DNA of 64,000 bases from a virus. Its lineage: Duplodnaviria; Caudoviricetes. The DNA is taken from the IMG/VR virus record IMGVR_UViG_2862481585_000002, positions 25,894 to 89,893 of that record; one strand, given 5' to 3'. The translations under genes and the position numbers were made by a program. Shown piece by piece: positions 9,415 to 19,756 of this stretch. Numbering within the stretch: position 1 is the stretch's first letter; each line of letters begins with the position of its first letter. The notes under the pieces are model-generated. The model made no database searches, was not told the DNA's origin, and was given only the letters and a program-made list of their open reading frames with translations.

Positions 9415-12400
9415 GAACGACGACATCCGGAATCAGGAGCCGAACTTCACGGGCCGCCTCCTCGGCACCAACGGAATGCAGCGGGCAGCCGACAAAGTGG
9501 CCCGCGACATCGACAAGTTCGGCGCCCAGGTCGCCGCGCTCAACCGTGCCCTCCAAGGGGCGATCAACACCGCGTCCCAGGGCGCTGCCTACCGCGGCCA
9601 GCCGACTCTCGCATTCCCGCCGGCCAACCAGGGCACGCGGCTCTCCCCAGCCCCCGTCCACCATCCGCCGGCTAACACCGCCGCACCCATCGGCGGGTCG
9701 GCCACCACGTTCACCCACCCCGTCACTGGTCGCGTCTACAGCGGGCCTATGGCGTCTCGCCTTTCAGACCGGTACGACGCCCAGGTCGGCCGCTCGAACT
9801 TGCAGGCACAGGCTGCATACGCGCAAGCCCAGGCGCAACAGCAGCTCCGGAGCGCACAAGAGATTGCACGGCAGCAGTCGGCGCTTCGCCAGCAGCAGCG
9901 TCACGACGCCCAGTTGCAGCGCGAGGCCCAGCGGCGTGCCCAGATGGATGCCCAGCGGGAGCAGCAGGCTGCCGCCGCCCAGGCCCGCTACCAGGCCCAG
10001 CAGAGTGCCGCAGGGGCGCGGTCCGGAGTCAATCCGGACCTTCAGGCCCGCTTCAGCGCTGCATCTCCGGAGCGCCGGGCTCAGGCGCGGCAGTCACGCC
10101 TGGACGCGTACTACGGCTCCCTCTTCGATGAGGCGATCCGCCGCCAGGATGCGGCAAACGTGCCGACGTGGGGCATGCGGGTCGGGCAGAGGATGTGGGC
10201 GTACAACCGCACCACCGGCCTGTCGCGTGCCACCGTCTCAGGCAGTGGCTTGTACGTCACCCGCAACAACACCGTCTTCCAGATGGGTGGGGGCGGGGGT
10301 GCTCGTGGTGGCCAAGGAGGCAGTGGCGGAGGGAACGTCACCGTCCCGCCCTCTGGCGGCTTCAACCCGACAGTTCCTGCGGCCAACAGCAGCCCGACGC
10401 CTCCTGGCGGACAGGTAGCAGACTTCGGTGGTATGGCCGGCGGCGCCTATAAGGAGCTTGTCAAGTACGGCGACCGCATGCGCCCGCAGATGGAGGAGAT
10501 GGACCGGTACACCAACTGGGCTGCCATCGCCTCGGGCGATACGCCGGCTGGCTACGACAAATGGGGCTGGAAGAACAAGATCCGGACGTCGTCCTACGGC
10601 ACCGTCGTGGGCAAGTCGACCGAAGACGTCTCCAACGCGCAGTTCCTCCTCGACAAGAACTTCGGCCTCACCTTCGGCACCACAGCGCAGGCTGCCGCCC
10701 GTAACAACGCCTTCGGTGCCGCATACGTTGCCGGCCTCGATGCCGAGACCGGCGCCAAGCTCTACTCCAGCACGTACAACCCCCAAGCGTCGCTGGCCGC
10801 TCAGCGGCTCGGCTTCGGACGAACGATCGGTCGCGGCGGCCAGGCCATGGGAATGGGGACGCTGGCGGACGGCATCATGAAGCGAACCTTCGGATCTACG
10901 TCCATCACCGCGAAGAAGTTCGCGGCAGCCACAGCCAGCGGCCAGGCCCTCGACTGGAACTTGGACCAACTCGGAAAGGCATCAGGCTGGGACGACGCCA
11001 CGGTCGATAACCTGAAGGAGTACATGCGGGGCCGCAACACGCTGCTCCAGAAGTCAGGCATGTCGTCGGCGGAAGCCGACCAGCTCATCGCGGACGCATC
11101 GCACAGCGGCAAGAAGGGCGATGCGGCCCGGAAGACACTGACCAAGTACGGCGTCTCCGAAAGTCTGGGACAGGCGAGGAAGACCTTCGAGGCCCAGGAA
11201 CGCCAGCATGACGCGAACATGGGCAGCTCCTTCGCCCCCGCCATGGAGAACGCCACCAAGGCCGTCCAGAAGTTCGAGTCAGCGATCAACCACATCCTGG
11301 AGCTGCCCGGCATCAGGCAGATCGTCGGTGGCGGTGGCGCATGGGCTTCGGTCACCAAGGACCAGGTCAGTACGCTGAAGAGCGTCTGGGACTTCGGCAA
11401 GCGCCTCCTCCCGATCAACATTGGCGGTGGAGCCGGCGAACCCACGTCCAACAGCGGCGGGGACAAGAAGAAGAGCGACAAGCCGAGCACCGCCAAGGCA
11501 GGCAGCGTGGCCAACGGCAACGCGACCAAGGCCATCCAGACTGCGCTAGCCCAGGTCGGCGACCCCTACGTCTGGGGCGCCACGGGCCCAGACGCGTTCG
11601 ACTGCTCCGGCCTCACCTCGTTCGCCTACCGCCAAGCCGGCATCGAGATCCCGCGCACCTCACAGCAACAGATGAAGGTCGGCGTCCGCGTGGACAAGGA
11701 CGCCATCCAGCCCGGCGACCTCCTCTTCCCCAACCCCGGCCACGTCATGATGGCGCTCGGCGGCGGCAAACTCGTCGAGGCACCTCGCACTGGCCTCGAC
11801 GTCCGCGTCCGTACCTTCAACCTCGGCGAGATCAAGGAAGTCCGCCGCGTCGCAAGCTCGGTAGGTGCCCTCGCGGAGTACAACACCAACAAGAAGCAGG
11901 ACGACAACGAGGCCGGCGCGGGAAACGCTGGTTGGTGGGGCGGAACGGGGGAGTCCTTCAGCCAGGAAGAGGTGGACGCCCTGTCCGCGTTTCTGTCCGG
12001 CGGCGGCGCCTACTCCATGGGCACCCGCTCGCAAGGGACAGACGAGTCCAGCAACAGCGCGGAGGACGTCACCACCAACGCCAAGAGCGCACCCGCCAAC
12101 CCCAAGGGCAACGTCAAACTCGGCAAGAAGATGGCCGCGGACATGTTCGGGTGGACCGGCCCCCAGTGGGATGCGCTCTACCAACTGTGGCAGCACGAAT
12201 CCAACTGGAACCACAAGGCCGGCAACCCGAGTTCCGGAGCGTACGGAATCCCCCAGGCCCTCCCGGCCACCAAGATGGCGTCGGAAGGATCGGACTACCG
12301 CACCAACCCCGCAACCCAGATCAAGTGGGGTCTGAAGTACATCAAGGATCGCTACAAGACCCCCGCGAAGGCGTGGGCCTTCTGGCAGAACCCCACGGTG

Positions 12401-12757
12401 CACGTGCCCGGAGCCTCGAAGAACTGGTACGCCGCCGGGGCTTGGGACATCCCCGAGGATCAGGACGCCGTCGTCCACAAGGGCGAGATGATCATTCCTG
12501 CCGCCAAGGCAGAAACGATTCGTCAAGCACTGATCAAGGACTCCGTCAACGTCGTCTCGCCGGCTGGAGCTACCGCCTCGGCCGCCGCGGGAGGCACGCA
12601 GCCCGGCGGGGGAGTCTCCCTGTCCTTCGCCAAGGGCGCGATCCAGATCAACGTCAACGGCGCAATGTCCGACAGGGCTGCCTCCGACGCAGCCAAGCGT
12701 GTCGTGCACTACATCGCTGCCGACGAACGCATCAAGAACCTCGGAGTGGGTGTCTGA
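9407..12757 (+). CDS. Tape measure protein with NlpC/P60 peptidase and lytic transglycosylase domains
   Basis: Long Ala/Gln-rich helical region; GDPYVWGATGPDAFDCSGL..PGD..GHV (NlpC/P60); HESNWN..NPSSGAYGIPQA..NPATQIKWGLKYI (SLT-like). Confidence 0.9.
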   Translation: MAENDDIRNQEPNFTGRLLGTNGMQRAADKVARDIDKFGAQVAALNRALQGAINTASQGAAYRGQPTLAFPPANQGTRLSPAPVHHPPANTAAPIGGSATTFTHPVTGRVYSGPMASRLSDRYDAQVGRSNLQAQAAYAQAQAQQQLRSAQEIARQQSALRQQQRHDAQLQREAQRRAQMDAQREQQAAAAQARYQAQQSAAGARSGVNPDLQARFSAASPERRAQARQSRLDAYYGSLFDEAIRRQDAANVPTWGMRVGQRMWAYNRTTGLSRATVSGSGLYVTRNNTVFQMGGGGGARGGQGGSGGGNVTVPPSGGFNPTVPAANSSPTPPGGQVADFGGMAGGAYKELVKYGDRMRPQMEEMDRYTNWAAIASGDTPAGYDKWGWKNKIRTSSYGTVVGKSTEDVSNAQFLLDKNFGLTFGTTAQAAARNNAFGAAYVAGLDAETGAKLYSSTYNPQASLAAQRLGFGRTIGRGGQAMGMGTLADGIMKRTFGSTSITAKKFAAATASGQALDWNLDQLGKASGWDDATVDNLKEYMRGRNTLLQKSGMSSAEADQLIADASHSGKKGDAARKTLTKYGVSESLGQARKTFEAQERQHDANMGSSFAPAMENATKAVQKFESAINHILELPGIRQIVGGGGAWASVTKDQVSTLKSVWDFGKRLLPINIGGGAGEPTSNSGGDKKKSDKPSTAKAGSVANGNATKAIQTALAQVGDPYVWGATGPDAFDCSGLTSFAYRQAGIEIPRTSQQQMKVGVRVDKDAIQPGDLLFPNPGHVMMALGGGKLVEAPRTGLDVRVRTFNLGEIKEVRRVASSVGALAEYNTNKKQDDNEAGAGNAGWWGGTGESFSQEEVDALSAFLSGGGAYSMGTRSQGTDESSNSAEDVTTNAKSAPANPKGNVKLGKKMAADMFGWTGPQWDALYQLWQHESNWNHKAGNPSSGAYGIPQALPATKMASEGSDYRTNPATQIKWGLKYIKDRYKTPAKAWAFWQNPTVHVPGASKNWYAAGAWDIPEDQDAVVHKGEMIIPAAKAETIRQALIKDSVNVVSPAGATASAAAGGTQPGGGVSLSFAKGAIQINVNGAMSDRAASDAAKRVVHYIAADERIKNLGVGV

Positions 12758-13407
12758 TGGGCACTGTTTCCAACCCCAAGTTCGACTCGCGGATGACCGC
12801 GATTCCGCAACTGGGACTTCGTGGCCGAACTGCTGGCCAGGCCCCCGGCGGCGCCCCGCTCGGGGTGTACTGGCGAGGTTCCATCGTTCGCGACAACGAT
12901 TCGAGCGCGGTCCACGCCCACCCCAAGTCCAGTACCGCGACTTACCGGGTCGACTTCCTCTTCAACCCCTCGACCATCACCGTCTCGCACGAGAGCGGGC
13001 CGATGCTGACGGCTGACCAGCGGTCCACCGACGGCCAGTACGTGAATGCCGGCGGCATCGGCCAGGTCACCTTCAGTCTCCTCTACGACCGAACGTACGA
13101 GATGATCTCAAACAGGTCGGGAAACGAAGCCACCAAGCGCGGCGTGCTGGCCGATATGGACGCCTTTTACAGGGTGACCGGGGTGTATGACGTATCCGCC
13201 AAGGGTGTGAACGCCAGGCAGTTCAACCCCATGCAGTCCTACAACTGCAATTTCTACTTCGGTGGAGTGGGTAGCAATTCTCTCGCCTACTACGGATACA
13301 TATCGACGTTGTCCGTCCAGTACACGCATTTCACGCGGGAAATGATCCCGCAGCGGTGCGCTGTCAACGTCACCGTTGAAATGACGCAGAAGGGGGCGGC
13401 GCAATGA
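12757..13407 (+). CDS. Tail tube initiator-like (CIS tube/Afp7-like) protein
   Basis: TGATG coupling; FLFNPSTI, FSLLYDRT, GYISTLSVQYTHF..PQRC.VNV motifs. Confidence 0.7.
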   Translation: MGTVSNPKFDSRMTAIPQLGLRGRTAGQAPGGAPLGVYWRGSIVRDNDSSAVHAHPKSSTATYRVDFLFNPSTITVSHESGPMLTADQRSTDGQYVNAGGIGQVTFSLLYDRTYEMISNRSGNEATKRGVLADMDAFYRVTGVYDVSAKGVNARQFNPMQSYNCNFYFGGVGSNSLAYYGYISTLSVQYTHFTREMIPQRCAVNVTVEMTQKGAAQ

Positions 13408-13682
13408 TTTCGGCGAACTCTCGCTTCGTCGGCGCCGGAACGGCCATCGTTACCGCTAGTGACGGCAAGTCCCGTAAGGTGATCCTCCCGAAGGGGGCAG
13501 AGATGTTCTCGGCCTCGGTGCGGATTTACACGTGGGTCGAAGGTGACCGGGTGGACTTGGTCGCTTACAGAAATTACGGCGACGCTTCACAGTGGTGGCG
13601 CATCGCGGACGTCAACCCCAGCGTTATGGACTGGACGGAAATACCGGCCGGCACGAGGATAAGGATCCCGATTGTCCAGTAA
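13404..13682 (+). CDS. LysM-like baseplate protein (gpX/gp53-like)
   Basis: EGDRVDLVAYRNYGD..WWRIADVNP..G.RIRIP. Confidence 0.85.
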   Translation: MISANSRFVGAGTAIVTASDGKSRKVILPKGAEMFSASVRIYTWVEGDRVDLVAYRNYGDASQWWRIADVNPSVMDWTEIPAGTRIRIPIVQ

Positions 13683-14844
13683 GCAGCCGATACTCTCCCT
13701 GGAGATGCCGGCCCTCACAGGGCGGAAATGGGTGACGGACACCGTCATCACCCAGGGCGAATCGCTGCACGAGGTCGCCGAGATAACCGTCATCCACGAG
13801 GTGACGCGCGGGACGGCGAGTGGTTCGGGCTGGAATCTGATTTTTGCCGGGGTGCTATCCGAAGGGCAGCCCCTCGCGCTGCGATACGGGACCGCTGCCC
13901 GTTCCAAGATCTGGCACGGATACATCACCGCAGTGTCGGTGCTCGGCGACGAGATACCGCAAACCTCCCTCAGGGCCGTCCAAGTTCCCGTCGTGTACAC
14001 CTGCGTTGGCCCGACCCACCCCATGCAGTCACAGGCCAACCGGCTCTGGTCCTCGACCACCGCCTCGTTCGTCGCCCGGAAACTCGCCCGCGGATCTGGA
14101 CTGCGCCCCCAGGTACAGCGCAGCACCCGCCTGTTCGGCACCATCCCGCAGCAGGCCAAGAGCGACTTCGCCTTCCTGCGGGACCTGGCCGACGAAGTCG
14201 GGTACCGGCTGACCCCTCACGGCACCACCCTCGCCTTCACGCACCCCCTGGTGTCGCTGCGCGAAGCCGACGAGGAGCGTCCCACGTTCCACTACGCGAA
14301 GGACGCCACGGACACCGTGAAGACGTGGGAGTCCACCACCGGACAACTTGACCCTCTCGGTGGCCGACACACCCGCCGAGAGGGCTACTCCTTCAACATC
14401 AACACGGGTGCACTGGTCCGACATGTGGCTGCCGGCACCCAGGATTCACCCATCACCCAGTACAGCACCGGGCGCCCCTTCACCTCGCAGGCCGAGGCGG
14501 TGGAGATCCTCAACGCCGAGGCGCGACGCGATGTCCTGTGGGTCCACGCGAAGGCGACGGTCATCGGGGACGCTCGTGTGCGCACCGGCACGGATCTGGA
14601 GATGACGGGCGGGGCTCTCGGCCCCCACGATCCGGGCCCGTGGATGGTCCGCTCAGCGACCCACCGGATTTCCGTAGTCCCTGACCAGCCGGCCGCTGGC
14701 CGCTACTGGCTCGACGTAACCCTCGGACGGAACCGCATCGGGGGCCTGGACCTGGTCGCCAAGGACGAGGTGGTCGACAGCGTCCAGGACGGGACAGCAC
14801 TGATCGATGGGCGCTGGCGCGCTCAGCACATAGGGAGGGCATGA
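13672..14844 (+). CDS. Baseplate hub (gpD/gp27/VgrG N-terminal-like)
   Basis: Q..KSDFAFLRDLADEVGY motif; synteny; TTG start uncertain. Confidence 0.8.
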   Translation: MSSKQPILSLEMPALTGRKWVTDTVITQGESLHEVAEITVIHEVTRGTASGSGWNLIFAGVLSEGQPLALRYGTAARSKIWHGYITAVSVLGDEIPQTSLRAVQVPVVYTCVGPTHPMQSQANRLWSSTTASFVARKLARGSGLRPQVQRSTRLFGTIPQQAKSDFAFLRDLADEVGYRLTPHGTTLAFTHPLVSLREADEERPTFHYAKDATDTVKTWESTTGQLDPLGGRHTRREGYSFNINTGALVRHVAAGTQDSPITQYSTGRPFTSQAEAVEILNAEARRDVLWVHAKATVIGDARVRTGTDLEMTGGALGPHDPGPWMVRSATHRISVVPDQPAAGRYWLDVTLGRNRIGGLDLVAKDEVVDSVQDGTALIDGRWRAQHIGRA

Positions 14845-17009
14845 CCGTGGCGCTGACCGCCGCCGGCAGTGACGTCTACGCCGCTGTCGTCACGCACGCC
14901 GTCGACCCCGAGGGCCGCGGGCGGGTACGGCTGCGCATCCCGCAAGTGTCCGGAGACGCGATCACCGACTGGGCCTACCCCTCTGGGGCGGTCGGTCACA
15001 AGGTCGTCGTGGGGGAGCGGGTCTGGGCCGCCTTCGACGGTAGCGGCAGCCGGCTGGTGTACTGGATTGCCACCAGCGGGGGCGACCAGTCCGAGTTCGA
15101 CATCATCGAGCCGTTGCAGACCTGGCAGACCGCCGGACCAGACCTCACTCAGCCCGCCAACGTGTGGAACCAGTTCCCCGAGAGCGCATGGTCGACGATC
15201 ACCTTCACCGCCCCCAACAGCGGCAAGGCGTTCATCACCATCTCCGGCAGGATCTACAACAACACCGGCGCCACATCGAGCGCGCCAGGCACGGCAGCGT
15301 GCCTGCTGGGCTGGGAAGTCTACGACTCCGTCCTGGGAACATCCGACGGTGTCTCGTCGAACATCAAGGCCCTATCCGCGGCCGGAGGCCAGCTCAACAG
15401 CCAGGGCGACGCCGGCGGATCCCGGCTGTCCAGCTCGCGGCGCACCCTCGTCGAGGGCCTCATCCCTGGCCGGACCTACAACGCGCGCCCTGTGTGGTTC
15501 GTGACGAGCCCCATCGACGCATCCAAGATCTACATGCAGGACGGGCAGCTCCTCGTCGAACCCGTCGCCCATACGGCGTATCCGCCCGCCTGCTCCTACC
15601 AGAACATCGTGCCGCAGTACGTCGCCAACGACACGTGGACAGACTATGACCCAGCGGTGTGGGCCCCGATCACCTTCACGGTGCCGCCGAGCGGGAAGGC
15701 GTACATATCCGTCAGCGGCATGTGCACAAACTCCCAATTCGAGACGGCGTCCGTCGCCTGGATGGGCTACCGCCTGACCGGTGCGTACACCACCGACTCC
15801 AACACTCAAGGCGAGTCCCTGGCGCTGTCCTCAAGCGGTGAGTTCCACCGCGTCTTCGCCACGCGACGCGTCCTCTTCGAAGACCTGCCGCCAGGCCAGC
15901 GGGTGACCGTCATTCCGCAGTGGCGAGTGAGTGCAACCGAGGTCACCAACGCCGGATTGCGCGCCGGCCAGCTCATCGTCGAGCCGGTCGGGGAGACGAG
16001 CGCACCATACGCCCCAACGAGCACCAAGCAGATCGCCGATCCGCCGTTCGACGTGGTGGCCGTGACCACCGCCTTCACCGAGGCGGCCTGGCCATCGCTC
16101 ACCTTCACCGCCGGAGCATCGGGGAAGGCATTCGTCACGGTCTCAGCCGCGGTGTCAAACAACAACAGCCAGGCAGCAGCCTCCACGTGCTCCTGGACGC
16201 TCGTCGGGCCCAGCGACGACATCCCCACGGCCCGGAAGGAAGTCAGCGGTGCCGGCACGAACCGTCGCGTCCATGCCTGCCGCCGTGTGCTCCTGGACGA
16301 CCTCAAGCCCGGAGCCCTGTACACGCTGGTGCCGAACTGGCGAGTCTCCAGCGTCACCCAGACCGGCGGAGCCTTCAACGCCAAGATCCGGGGCGGACAG
16401 CTCTCCGTAGAACCAGTGCCCCCGGCCACGCAGCCGGCGACCAGGCCCACTGCTAGCCAGCTCATCGTGCCACAGGCCCAGAACGACGCCTGGCGCGCAG
16501 CCATCCCGCCGGAAGACGGAACGCTCATCCTCAAGCGCAAGGGGCAGGCCGGCTACCTCGAAGTCGCCACTGGTGGCACATGGGTGCCAGTCAACGAAAA
16601 GCACTACGCCCACTGCGACGTGAACAACCTCGGAGCACTGACCGGCGGCGCGTACAAGGCCGTCCCCTTCACGAGCTGCGCCGTGCAGACCGACGACAGC
16701 ATGTGGCTGACCACCATCCCCAACAGAATCACGATCAAGACAGCGGGTCTGTACCGAATAACGGCCAACTGCACATGGCCCGGCAGCCAGACCGATGCCC
16801 GTGCGGCGATCGGGGTGAACAGCCTCACCTCGCCCAAGTACCAGCTCGACCTCGTCTCGCAGGCCAACGGCGCAGTCGGTAGCAGCGGATCACGCATCAC
16901 CTACCTCGACGCCAACGACTACGTGGCCTTCCTGCTGTACTCCACCGCCACCACCGGGTCCTTCAGCACCACGGCCTGCGCTCTGAGCGTCGAGTGGATC
17001 GGCCCGTGA
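14841..17009 (+). CDS. Baseplate spike (gpV OB-fold) with long C-terminal extension of three repeated beta domains
   Basis: DPEGRGRVRLRIPQV..TDWA..VGERVWAAF N-terminus; 3x W..TFT...SGKA....S..RR.L...L.PG..P.W.V..GQL.VEPV. Confidence 0.8.
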   Translation: MTVALTAAGSDVYAAVVTHAVDPEGRGRVRLRIPQVSGDAITDWAYPSGAVGHKVVVGERVWAAFDGSGSRLVYWIATSGGDQSEFDIIEPLQTWQTAGPDLTQPANVWNQFPESAWSTITFTAPNSGKAFITISGRIYNNTGATSSAPGTAACLLGWEVYDSVLGTSDGVSSNIKALSAAGGQLNSQGDAGGSRLSSSRRTLVEGLIPGRTYNARPVWFVTSPIDASKIYMQDGQLLVEPVAHTAYPPACSYQNIVPQYVANDTWTDYDPAVWAPITFTVPPSGKAYISVSGMCTNSQFETASVAWMGYRLTGAYTTDSNTQGESLALSSSGEFHRVFATRRVLFEDLPPGQRVTVIPQWRVSATEVTNAGLRAGQLIVEPVGETSAPYAPTSTKQIADPPFDVVAVTTAFTEAAWPSLTFTAGASGKAFVTVSAAVSNNNSQAAASTCSWTLVGPSDDIPTARKEVSGAGTNRRVHACRRVLLDDLKPGALYTLVPNWRVSSVTQTGGAFNAKIRGGQLSVEPVPPATQPATRPTASQLIVPQAQNDAWRAAIPPEDGTLILKRKGQAGYLEVATGGTWVPVNEKHYAHCDVNNLGALTGGAYKAVPFTSCAVQTDDSMWLTTIPNRITIKTAGLYRITANCTWPGSQTDARAAIGVNSLTSPKYQLDLVSQANGAVGSSGSRITYLDANDYVAFLLYSTATTGSFSTTACALSVEWIGP

Positions 17010-17033
17010 CGCACGTAACCACTGGAGTACCGA

Positions 17034-18155
17034 ATGGCTGACACCTATCGAAGCTACGCGGAACTGGCCGCAGCAAAGACCCGCGGCGTCGACTACCTCA
17101 TCTCCTCACGCGCCGTGGCCGACGCAAGAGGCTCGCACATCGCCATACACGGCGGCGGCATAGAGCCCCCCACCACGCAACTGGCGGACTACTGCGCAGC
17201 GACGAGCGGGTCCTCCTACTACTCGTTCCAAGGCGTGATGAGCAGCGGAAACAGCGCACTGCACATCACCGCAACCCGGTTCGATGAACCGACCGTCTTC
17301 CAGATTCAGCGGGGAGTCGAGTGGACGGTCTCCTGGCACGGGGCCAGCGGCAGCGATCAGCTCACCTACATTGGCGGGCTGGACACTGAGCTGGGGGAGG
17401 AAATCCGGAACCGACTGACTGCGGCTGGATTTCTCGTAGCGCCATCAGTTCCCACCGAGATTGATGGCGACGACCCCCTCAACATCACCAACCGGAACAG
17501 GACCGGCCGAGGCGTCCAACTGGAGCTAAGTAGGGGGCTGCGCGAGTCGTTCTATGCCGGCGGCGACCTGACGCTGGCCTCCATAGCCATCGCAGAAAAC
17601 CGAACCGACGCCTTCTACACGTACGCGACAGCGGTCATCAACGCTGTAGCAGCTACGTGGCCGGAGTCGCGACCGCCGACGCCAACAAGCATCCAGCCCG
17701 TGGCCGGCCCGGAAACCGCCGCCAGCACAGCCGGCTATCCGGGGACGGGAAGCGTACAGATGCGCATGCCGTTCCAACTCGACGCCATGGGCAGGGTGGC
17801 CGTCCTCACCGACAGCGACCACATGATGGTGCAGCGAGCGCGCGCTGTCGTGGCCACCGTGCCCGGCGAGTACGTCGGTGAGCCAGCCTTCGGCTCAGAC
17901 ATCTCCTCCGCACTGTTCCGGCCAAGCGACCCCATCGCCCCGATGATCATCACCGATGCTGTGCGGACGGCCATGACACGTTGGGAGCCCGACACCGTCG
18001 TCACCGCTATCACTCCCGTCGTCCACGACGACCAGGAAGGCATCGTGGACGTCGAGGTGGACGTCGCTCAGGCCAACACGCCCGCAGTGGAAGCCGACCA
18101 CATCGAGACCGTGAGCGTCCTTCCCGGCGGTCGGGTGGTCGGCGGCTCCCTCTAA
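17034..18155 (+). CDS. Poly-gamma-glutamate hydrolase (PghP/DUF867-like) fused to baseplate wedge gp25/gpW
   Basis: N-term DTYRSYAEL, AIHGGGIE, LHITATRFDEP, SWHG, NITNR..GVQLELS; Pro/Thr linker; C-term PF..G.V..T.PGE....PAFGS..LF..RWEP (gp25). Confidence 0.85.
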   Translation: MADTYRSYAELAAAKTRGVDYLISSRAVADARGSHIAIHGGGIEPPTTQLADYCAATSGSSYYSFQGVMSSGNSALHITATRFDEPTVFQIQRGVEWTVSWHGASGSDQLTYIGGLDTELGEEIRNRLTAAGFLVAPSVPTEIDGDDPLNITNRNRTGRGVQLELSRGLRESFYAGGDLTLASIAIAENRTDAFYTYATAVINAVAATWPESRPPTPTSIQPVAGPETAASTAGYPGTGSVQMRMPFQLDAMGRVAVLTDSDHMMVQRARAVVATVPGEYVGEPAFGSDISSALFRPSDPIAPMIITDAVRTAMTRWEPDTVVTAITPVVHDDQEGIVDVEVDVAQANTPAVEADHIETVSVLPGGRVVGGSL

Positions 18156-18241
18156 CGCTTCAACCTCCGAGCCTCATAAACTGATCTCCATACGGTGCAC
18201 GAATTGGGAACCCCCCTGTCCCATTTCAGGAGTAACGCACC

Positions 18242-19747
18242 GTGGCGGATCTGACTTCGAGTTCACCGGCTATCGACTACACCTCGAAAGACTTCGAGGG
18301 GTTCCGGCAAGCGATGCTCGCGCATGCCGCCCGCGTATACCCGGAGTGGTCCGGACGGAATACGGCGGACTTCGGTGTCCTGCTGGTGAACCTGTTTGCG
18401 TACATGGGCGACATCCTCAGCTACTACCAGGACGCCGCCGCACGAGAGGCATTCCTGGAGACCGCCACGCTCCGGTCGAGCGTCCTCGCCCACGCAGCCA
18501 CGCTCGGCTACAGCCCAGCGTCGGCGGCCCCGTCCACCGGAACCGTCACCTTTCTCACCGAAACCAGTCAGCCCACCGACGTGATCCTGCCGGCCGGGAC
18601 CCAGGTCACTACCGCCTTCATCCCGGCGATCGACGCGCCCCTCACCTTCGAACTGGATGAGGATGTCACGGTGCCGGCGCGAGGCGGCAGCATCACCGCA
18701 CGCGTAACCGAGGGGGCCACGGCCGGAACACAGCCACTGACCCTGAACACCGGGACAGGAACCGAGACCATCGTCCTGGTCGACAGCCTCGGCACCTCCA
18801 GCGGCACCGAGAACCAGTCCTTCACCCTGCCGTCCTCTCCGGCCCTGGTGGACAGCGTCCGAGTCTTCGTGGGCGCCGACGCCCCAGTGGAGTGGCATGC
18901 AACGAGCGACATGCTCACCGCAGCTCCCACCGATCAGGTCTTCAAGCTCACCGTGTCCGACAGCGGCACCGTCACCATCACCTTCGGCGACGGCACCCTC
19001 GGAGCCATACCCAACCTGGACCTGCCCATCTACGCCTCCTATCGCGTCGGCGGAGGCGAGCGCGGGAACATCGACGCCAACCAGGTGATCGACATCTCCC
19101 AAGGAGTAGCCGGCGTGTTCATCGCCAGCTCCTCCGCCATGACCGGTGGCCGGGAAATCGAGAGCACCGAATCCATCCGTGCCAACGCACCCAAGGCCTA
19201 CCGCACCCAGGACCGCGCGGTGACCCTGCGGGACTTCGAGGACCTGGCGCTCGCGGTACCGGGCAACGCCAAGGCCAAGGCCACCGGCAACCACCACTCG
19301 TCCATCACCATCAGCATCATCGGTGCCGACAACGCAACCCCGTCCGACGACCAGATCACTGCCACCGTTCGCTACATCCAGGACCGCACCCTGACGGGCG
19401 TCTACGTCCACGTCGCTCCCGGCACCCTTGTCGGCGTCAACCTCGGCAGCTCAGCATCCCCGGTCGTGCTCGGCATCTACCCGAACTTCCGGGCGTCAGA
19501 AGTCGTCCTGGCCGCTCAGAAGGCGATCCAGGACCTCCTCTCCAGCCAGCGCAGCAGCTTCGGTCAGCGCATCCCAGCCTCCCGCATCTACGCGCTCTTC
19601 GACGCCATCCCTGGCGTGGAGTACGTGAACATTCCGCTCCTTGCCCGCGCCGACGGGCCACAGAACGGCACCCAGGACATCATCTGCCGCGACTGGGAGA
19701 TCCCTGTGGCCGGCCAGATCTTCATCACCGCTGACGGCGGCCAGTAA
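18242..19747 (+). CDS. Baseplate J/gp6-like wedge protein
   Basis: DYTSKDF, DFGVLL..AYMGDILSYYQD..EAFLETA, FGDG..G..P, GG.E.ES..IR..AP..QDRAVT..DF. Confidence 0.93.
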   Translation: MADLTSSSPAIDYTSKDFEGFRQAMLAHAARVYPEWSGRNTADFGVLLVNLFAYMGDILSYYQDAAAREAFLETATLRSSVLAHAATLGYSPASAAPSTGTVTFLTETSQPTDVILPAGTQVTTAFIPAIDAPLTFELDEDVTVPARGGSITARVTEGATAGTQPLTLNTGTGTETIVLVDSLGTSSGTENQSFTLPSSPALVDSVRVFVGADAPVEWHATSDMLTAAPTDQVFKLTVSDSGTVTITFGDGTLGAIPNLDLPIYASYRVGGGERGNIDANQVIDISQGVAGVFIASSSAMTGGREIESTESIRANAPKAYRTQDRAVTLRDFEDLALAVPGNAKAKATGNHHSSITISIIGADNATPSDDQITATVRYIQDRTLTGVYVHVAPGTLVGVNLGSSASPVVLGIYPNFRASEVVLAAQKAIQDLLSSQRSSFGQRIPASRIYALFDAIPGVEYVNIPLLARADGPQNGTQDIICRDWEIPVAGQIFITADGGQ

Positions 19748-19756
19748 GGACACCAG

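Noticed and set aside
11341-12756. N-terminal extensions in the ORF track (also 36580, 31406, 48220, 49209, 62289 starts)
   Set aside because: Arg/Pro-rich off-frame readings of upstream genes; true starts are at coupled or RBS-preceded codons downstream
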